Of a stretch of DNA of 64,000 bases, positions 55,178 to 64,000 are shown one piece after another. The notes under the pieces were generated by a model. It had not been told where the DNA came from. It made no database searches and saw only the letters and a list, made by a program, of their open reading frames with translations. Made by a program: the position numbers and the translations under genes. Numbering within the stretch: position 1 is the stretch's first letter; every line of letters starts with the position of its first letter. Location of the stretch: NCBI GenBank assembly GCA_039096225.1, contig JBBPEB010000009.1:496001-560000 (forward strand), read 5' to 3'. This DNA comes from Blastocystis sp. Blastoise. Lineage: Eukaryota; Protista; Bigyra: Opalinata.

Positions 55178-56454
55178 ATGAGTGGAATACCGTTTAACAA
55201 TCAGTATATATATTTGCTTACATAGTTTTAATGTGCATATCTAATTCTATATTTCATGTTTTTTTGTTATATACATTTTCCATTATGTTTGATTAATATC
55301 TCTAAGAGTATTCTTAAGAATCTAATATAAATCATAAAACTCTTTATACCATATTTAATTAATTTCTGATATAGAAATAATTCAGATTTTTCAAATTATG
55401 ATTCTTCACTTGTATCTAATGGAATAAGCAATCCATATGGTAATGAGCCAATGACTTCATCTTCAATTCAGTATAACATTGGAATTCCAATTCAACCAAA
55501 CCTTCCTGTTCAACCAAATCTTCCAATTCAATCAAACCTTCCAATTCAATCAAATCTTTCAATTCAATCTATTCAATATAATATTTCTTCAAATGTTTCA
55601 AATGAGCCTAATATATATTCACAAACTTATTCTCAAAACTTATCTAATACAAATAATAATTCATATATTCCTTCAACTATCCCAAATTCTTTACCTAATA
55701 ATTCTTCGATTCCAGTGGCAACTCCTTTAAAATCAGATTCAACTTCAGTAGCTATACAGCAACCTTCATCTACATTTTCAGTAGGTATTTTTGGAAATAA
55801 TGAAAATCAAACATGTTCTTTGAATACAAATACTTCGAACCATTCATCTACTATTATACCTACAAATGGAATTCCCGTGGAAATGGATAAAGATGATAAG
55901 GAGTCATTTCCTCAACCTGAATACTTTTGGTATATATATATAATTAATTATTTTTTTTAATTTATATTTATATAGGAAAAAGATAGATGTATATTGAACA
56001 TACAATTTATATATATATATATATATATTCTATTTAGTATGAAACTGCAGGTTTTTCAAATGAAGACATTCTTTTTTATAAGAAAGCTCATAGTACTTAT
56101 CATTTATTATCTTATTTATATGCACTCAACTTTTTTGATATAGTATATATATATAGTATATATAATAATAATAATAACTTTTAATAATAGTATATATAAA
56201 ATATAATAGCATGCATGATTCTATAATAACACTATTATTACAATAATTATTTTTCTAGAAGAATATTTTTAATAAATATATTTCTTAATATTTCGACTAT
56301 ATATAAAAGATAGTATCATATATTATAGATATTTGATTATGTGGTGTTATCAGCCATAAATAATATTATTTTATATTGTGTATTAATTGTACCAATATTC
56401 TGTTTAATATGTATTTGTATATCACAATTTAAATTAGTCATCATTATATCCTTA

Positions 56455-56501
<47 letters not shown>

Positions 56502-56821
56502 TATTTATGTATATATACTATTTATGTATATATAACTTATATTTTCAATATATATGTAATATATTTTCTATTACTAGTTATATTTTTATTCATTCTAATA
56601 AACTTTAAATTATTACTATATATTACTATTCGTACATTAATACCTTTTTCTTTAACACAATACCCTTTTATTCTATACTTTCCTATAATAGGCTTTCGAA
56701 TATATATGTTCTTTATTTATGATGAAGATGCCCTTCTAAATATATTCTGTCTTTTCCTTGAACCAATATTAATGTATTTTCTAATTATATTTTACAAAAA
56801 AAGACAATTATTAGCACGTTC

Positions 56822-56873
<52 letters not shown>

Positions 56874-57125
56874 ATTTATACTTTATTGTTCTTATACAGA
56901 CTGTTTTATTTTTTAATATACATATATATATATATATATTTTCATAATAATAAAAAAATTATATTTACGTATAGAAAACATTACATATCTATAGGAGTAC
57001 AGAGAATAGAAAGATTAGAGAAACAAGTTAAAAAAAATAGAGATCATTATGGATTATCAACTAAATCACAAGTCAACCATAATAATCATCAGAATTATGG
57101 GAATAGTATGAATAATAACTTTTAG
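55178..57125 (+). CDS. Unknown membrane protein: Pro/Asn-rich N-terminus + about 4 TM helices (paralog B)
   Basis: Same exon layout as 44575-46567, including a 13-nt microexon (55976-55988); YETAGFS, LNxFCxFxEPIL and NRxHYGL are shared. Confidence 0.7.
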
Positions 57126-58059
57126 TTTCTATATTATTTAATTCTATTATTCTATTTGATATAATATAATACTAAATTATATGTAATAGCGTTTATTCAT
57201 CATGTAAATAATGTTTTTTATTACTATTTATTATGGCTATCATCTTTCTCTTTTTATTTTATTATACTATCTAATGTGATCATTTCCTGTATTCATTATT
57301 TGATCAAATTAAAAATTAGTTTTTGTTCTATTTTATTTTTATAATTATACATAAAATACATTATTTTTTATACAATCGCTCATAATAAGCATTTGGGTGT
57401 AATTATTTATAATCTCCTTTTTTACATACTTATATTCATATCATAAATTACATAACTGTAATTATATATAAAAAAATTTATTATAATTATGATTATATAA
57501 AAACAATAAATAGGGCGATCAGAATACATACTATTCTATTATGTGTATATATTATATATAAATAATTGAATATATAATTTTAGTTATATATTATATATAA
57601 AGAACAATTTAAAATGTTTTTTATAATCTTCATAAATGAAGAATAATGATTATCTTTCTTGTAAGTTATATACTATCATATGTAGATACTTATATTAATA
57701 CCATTATTATTATCAGTTATATAAATAATAATCTGATATATAATAGTTCCCTAATAACATTTGTATCACAGTATATAATAATAGACATAGTAAACAATTC
57801 TGAAATGTATTATTAATCTTTTATTCTTTTTTTAATTAAAATATTTTATTTTTAAAATAGCAAGTAAACTCTAGATAAAAATATAACCATTTATTTCTAT
57901 TTTAACAAATATTTATAATACAAACATTATCTATACCACAAAAAAAAACAAAACAAAACCAATAATAAAAACCCAATAACACTTTTTATAAACATAAAAA
58001 CAAATATATATAAAACAAAAAAAGGAAATAATAATTATATTTCTTTTTTTACACATTTA

Positions 58060-61000
58060 TTAAATAGTACTTTTATTACTTTTAACGGGTTTCTTATCAA
58101 GGATCTTCTTCTTTGAAGCTTTCTTTACAGAGGAACGACGTACAACAATAATAATTAAAATACATAAAGCAACTAAAATAAAGAATCCTGTAATAACATA
58201 TTCTAAAAGAGGAATATCATTTCCTTTCGTTATAGTAATTACTAATTCTTGAGAGATTTTACCACCACTATTAGAGCATGTTATCATAAATGTATTCATA
58301 TCACTTATAGAATTCACAATACCAGTTACAGAAGCAGTAGTATTATCAAAATATAATCCTTCAGGAAGAGATGGTTCAATAATACAACTATAATCAACGG
58401 CAAGAACATTAGGATGAATATCAACTTGTTTATTAACACTATAAGAATAAAACTTCTTATCAAATTCAATACCTTCAGGAGCAGCAGGTGTACATTGATT
58501 AATAATAGGACCATATTTACCTGAAGAACATTTTCTTCTTAAAATACCAGAATAAAAACGATCACATTTCCTTGTTCCATAACCATCATTAATAGCACCT
58601 GTAAAACCATCTTCACGTTTACAACCTCCTTCAACAGAAGTTACTTGAAATAATATTTCTGCTAATGAAAATCCATATTCATCTTCCATCCACATTGGAT
58701 GACTTTGACACATACTATATTCATATCGAGGATTTATCATTTGATTATTACATTCTGTAGCTACTAATCTATAGGCTCTATATGATTTATCATTATAAAA
58801 AGTATACATAATTGTACTAGGTGTAGTATACAAAATTTGATTTGTTTGAGTATCTAATAATGTCCAATGATTTAAATCATTACTACCTTCTATTCTCCAA
58901 GCAGAAGGATGACGAGGATTACAATCAACATATGTAGTTATATTATAACTATTGATATATTCCATTTTCTCATTATTAAATAAAATACCATAGATAGCAC
59001 CAGCACATCGAGGACCTGAGACATGAACTGTATTCTGATTATTATCAAATAAATACTTTACAGGATAATAACTATTATCTAATTCAACATCTCCAATAAT
59101 CTCAAAATCTCTTCCTCCTAAACGACTATTGGTACCTTCGATTCCTTGAATATAAAAATTAAAACTATCTTTTGTTATTGTTTGTTCACAATTATGTAAT
59201 TCTATAGCAATAATATTCTTTCCTACAATAAATCCATTATGTAATGCACTAAATGTTGATGATGTATATACACTTTTCATAGGACAAGAAGAAGCAGGAG
59301 TATTATATTCAATTTCATTTGTCTCTTTAGATGGATCTAAACGAATTGTTCTTAATAATTGACCATTTAAATATATAATACAACCATATCGAGTTTTAAT
59401 ACTAATATCTACAGAATTCATTTTATTTAAATAATTTTCATCTATATTAACAGAAGTTTTCATATAGATAACTTGAGTCTTTGGAAGTTCATTTGAAATT
59501 GAAACTAAAGGAATTAAAGAACTTTGAGCACTATTCCATTTACTAGTATCATAATATTCAGTATACCAAGTAGAAGGAATACCTATAGGATTAATCATAT
59601 AATTCCATATATGACTATTTGGTTTAATAAGATAACCTATATTAACTATAATAGTTTTTTGTATTTCATCCATTTTTAATGTTTCCTGTTTTACTAAAGT
59701 ATCAAGATCAGTATATATATTAACATAACCACTACCCCATCCATCATTATTAGAATCTTTTAATAATAAACTATATACACCAATTGGTTTACAATAATGG
59801 AACCACATCTCTTCATTCTTTAATAATCGACTTCGAACTTCAATTAATTCATGAAATGAATCTCTAAATTCAAATCCTCTTTCATCTCCATTAGAATCAC
59901 TAGAAAAGAATAAAGATATAAGTATATTAGGTTCATTACATGTAGTTACAGTAATAAATAAATCTGTTTTATATTCTTTATTTAAATGATCTTTAGCAAA
60001 TAATGTATATTTATTATCAAATGCAGATATAGGTGTTCCTCTAATATTTCCATTAGTTGTATCTAATTCTAATGGAGAGGGAAGAGAAGGTTCTATACGG
60101 TAATCTCTATAGATATCATTTGATTCACTAAAAGAAGGGAAAGGAGATCCAGCTATTGTTGTTATATGATTAGGAGTAATTGAAAAAGGAGGAATAATAA
60201 TTTGATCTAAATCTTCTAATAATAATTCCCATTCACCAATATAATAATATGTAGAACCAGATACTTCTCGAGGTTCAGATAATAATAATCGATAAGTAGT
60301 ATAAGGTTTAGTAATAGTAGGAATATAGAAACATTGACGTTGTATATTCTTTGTATATATAACATTAGTTTCATTAGCTAATAATGTATATTGTATTTTA
60401 TCATTACTACCATATATAGCCCAATCAGAAGGATCATATTCACGAATAGTATTACTAGAAGATAAACAATATTTATTTATATATTCAGCTTGATTCTTAC
60501 TAAAGGTAACATCTACTGATATTTCTTCTCTTCCATATACACGAGGATTATAAGTATTAATATGAGTGAAATCAAATAAATTTTGAGGATTAGAAGTACC
60601 TGTTGCAGTTGTAGTGGCAATAAATGACAATACACGTGATGTATCTTTAGAAAGTGCTAATAAACGAATAGAACAATCGAAATCAATAATAGTACCTATA
60701 TCTTGATTCACAATAGCTATAGCAATAGTATTTGATCCATTTATAGTATAAGATAAAGGCATAGTAACACTAGTCCATTCTATAGAAGTATCTGATTCTT
60801 CAGGAACTGTAGACATTGTTAATTCTCCATCACCAAGTTTATATCTATAATATTCACGGTTATTGACATAGATTATATATCCAGCTTTTCTTTTTAATCG
60901 TATTAATAATCCACTATATCCTTGTTTAGAAGATATAATAAAAGTATTTCGGAATAACCAAATAGAAGAAGTAGAAGGAAGTGTATTTGTACTAGTAAAA

Positions 61001-61949
61001 GAAGACCATGAAGAAATATCCATAGAATACCAAGAAGTAGGAATAGAACCTTGATAATATTTCCATGTAGTAGAAGATGCTTTTAATAAATAACCAAAAT
61101 TTATTTTATATTGAATATGATTATATTGAAGTAAAGAGACTTTTCCTAAATCATATGTATGACCTCCTTCTTTAGCTTGTATAAGTAAATATGATTTTGC
61201 AGACCATCCATTTTCAGCAATATCATATAAATCAAAAGTATGTATACCTTGAGAAACACATAAAGTGACTTTATTATTAGAAGATAATTTAAAATCATCA
61301 CCTGTATATATAGTTTCATTTAAAGAATTTTTAAGAGTAAAATATTCATCTTCAGCAGTTGTAGTACTATATTTCAATAAGATAATTAATTCATGAGTTT
61401 CTGTGTTACATACTATATATATATTATTATTAAGAAAAAATTATTACTTTATAATATAAAAATATTGATTATAATAAATATTAGATTAATAGTAAGAGTA
61501 GTATAATATATACCATTAACAATAAGAGTAAGAGTAGTAGAAGATATTGTATTTGTAACAGGATTTATAGCATTGATTGTATAAGCTTGATTATGGTTTT
61601 CTGAGGATATACCATTAATGTGACCAGTTGTTGAATCTAGCAATATTCCCGTGGGAAGATCAGGAGATATAGTGTAATTACTAAAGCCTGAAGATAAGGG
61701 ACGTATATCAAAAGGAGCAGTGTCTAAATAAGTTGTATATATTGATCTTTCATAATGTAATCCTTCTTCAAGGAAAGGAATGTTACAATCATATATAGAA
61801 AACTCACCTACATGAATTTTAGTAGACATTGTACTTGAAACTATATATATAGAAATTTATAATAAGATATAAATGTGTTGTTTTATTATAATATAAATAT
61901 ATATATAGAAATATATATAATGTAAAATATGAATAAAAATATAGAATAA

Positions 61950-61980
<31 letters not shown>

Positions 61981-63811
61981 AATAAGCAAAATAATAAATA
62001 AATAAATAAAAATAAATATACCCACAGATAATTTATATTGATTATAAGATTGTCTATTACTATTTAAATAGAAATATTTTAGTTGATATCTATTATTAAA
62101 TGAGATATCCTTTTGATGATCTAGAAGAGTCCAAGAATTCCCTTGGTTATTACTGCCATATACCATCCATTCCTTAGGATCTCCATAAGTAGCTGTTCCT
62201 CCAGTTCGAATACCATATTTATTAGCAAATACACTTCTATAAAGATAGAGGATTTATGAATGAAATTTACATATATATATTTGTTTGATACTTAATTATA
62301 TATATATATGTATATAATAATGATATAGATATATTACTATATTAATAATGATTATTCTATAAAAAAAGTAAATAAAAATTAATTCAATAAAAATAATAAT
62401 AATTCTATATACTTTCCATTATTAAATGTATATATAACATCAACAGGAGCCCCTTGATTTGTATAATAAGAAGTAGTTCGAACTTTATCAAATGGTTTAT
62501 CACAAGCATAACCAGTTGAGAAATCTGGCTTACTACATGTAGGTATACCATTAATAAATAAATCATTAGTACATGCTATATAGAATATATTTATAATAAG
62601 AGGAATAGTATAATAAAGAGTATATCATACTATAAAGAGCAACAAAATATTATATTATAAATATGATAATAACTTATATAATAATAATAATCATCATAAT
62701 AAACATAATCATAATAAACATAATCATAATCATCATCATAATATACTGTTTTCTTCCATATAAGAGAAGGTGATAAATATATTCATATCATCATTCATGG
62801 TAATTGCTTGAAGTTGATGCATTTCAATAGCTATTTGAATACTAGTACCAGAAGAAACAAGATTTGTAGGAATACGTATACTATATATATATAGATATTC
62901 ATATATATATAAATATAATGATAATATATAATAATGATATTTATATACTTTTCATAAGGAGCAACACCATCAATAAGAGATAATGCAGGTGTAGATGGGG
63001 TTAACTGTCCACTATATATATATTATACTAATGATACTCTATATATATACCTAGGTAGTCTATAACGATATACTTCTTTACCATCAAGATAAATAACCAT
63101 AGCAAATACAGTTTTAATATTTAAATTAATAGAATATATCTTTCTATCATCAGGAATAAATACTGTGTTTCTATAGTATCTAGTCACTTGAGTATAAACA
63201 GGGAAAGATCCAGCTTCAGCAGTTAACCATTGGGAATCACTAAAAACAGAATAACGCCAAGTATCAGTAGTTTGAGGATTATCTGAATATTTCCATGTAT
63301 TGCTAATACTTGTAAAATGAGGATGAAAATAAACAATAGATTCCTTATAGATTACACCGGATTGATAAGGAATAGTCGTCCAAAAGAAATCAAAATCTTC
63401 AAAGAAGAGTGTAAGGATAGCTGTCTGACCGTAAGAACCCCAACCATCACCACTTCTAAAAAATAAAAACAGAATTAATAAAAGTTTATTTAATGTTTAA
63501 AAAAGCAATATATACTCATCAAGTAAGACAAGAGTGTACTCTGTATTCTTAAGGCATACATCATACTTGACAGTATTCTTACTATCATCCGTTACACCAG
63601 TAACAGACATCAATTTAGTTCCTTCTTCTCTAGATCCTTCATAAAGTTCGAATGTTTCCTGAGATGGGAAATATCCATAGTATTTAGAGAAATAAAACTG
63701 ATATTCTCCTGAAGCACAATCTGCCAAAACTTTAAACAGATAAACTAATAAAAACTATATAGACATACTTGGAACGCAGAAAAGAAGTAAACAACATAAA
63801 ATTTTATTCAT
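58060..63811 (-). CDS. Large type I surface protein with three tandem [DxxxDGW beta module + beta-sandwich + F5/8-type discoidin-like + Ig-like] cassettes
   Basis: Signal peptide MNKILCCLLLFCVP; 8 introns. Repeated motifs IAIEMHQ/IAIAIVN/IAIELHN, PKEWMVYGSN/PSDWAIYGSN/PSAWRIEGSN, PDLPTGILLDSTTGHING/PSLPSPLELDTTNGNIRG/PSLPEGLYFDNTTASVTG; C-terminal TM and basic tail. Confidence 0.85.
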
Positions 63812-64000
63812 CCTATATATATTACGTATAATTACAGAATAAAATAAGTTATACATAAATGAATTCTATTATTTATTACTCCAAGAAAAAACCATGATTG
63901 TTCTTTGACTCCTTAAATTGCATTCCACAAATTGAATGGCTGTCATCACATTTTTATTCATAGAAAAAATGCCGTATCTCTGACGACTCTAGGGAAGCAA

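Overview
Very AT-rich, intron-dense eukaryotic nuclear DNA using the standard genetic code. The gene content (BTB+TLDc and BTB+LRR-like family members, a large discoidin/Ig-repeat surface protein, 35-50 nt introns) suggests a stramenopile gut protist of the Blastocystis type; this is an inference, not a database result. Manual splicing gives 19 protein-coding genes with about 155 introns: a UEV+pseudokinase fusion, a Cys-motif membrane protein, two BTB/TLDc proteins, MGRN1-like, TOPORS-like and UBR E3 ligases, a NUDT5-like Nudix hydrolase, PI synthase, ZCCHC8, two intronless MFS transporters, an MBOAT, a DCN1-like protein, an SDR, two paralogous Pro-rich membrane proteins, a BTB/LRR-like protein and a large surface protein. 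Most ORF-track entries (poly-I/Y/N/L, IYIY) are intronic microsatellite artefacts. The most unusual signals concern splicing. (1) Introns are framed by self-complementary GTATAT...TATAG ends, and two consist only of G(TA)nG, with no branch-point consensus or pyrimidine tract. (2) Up to five junctions start with the U12-type donor ATATCC: one obligatory in ZCCHC8, and two at the same position in a paralog pair with no recognisable family. No rRNA, tRNA, CRISPR array or transposon was recognised.
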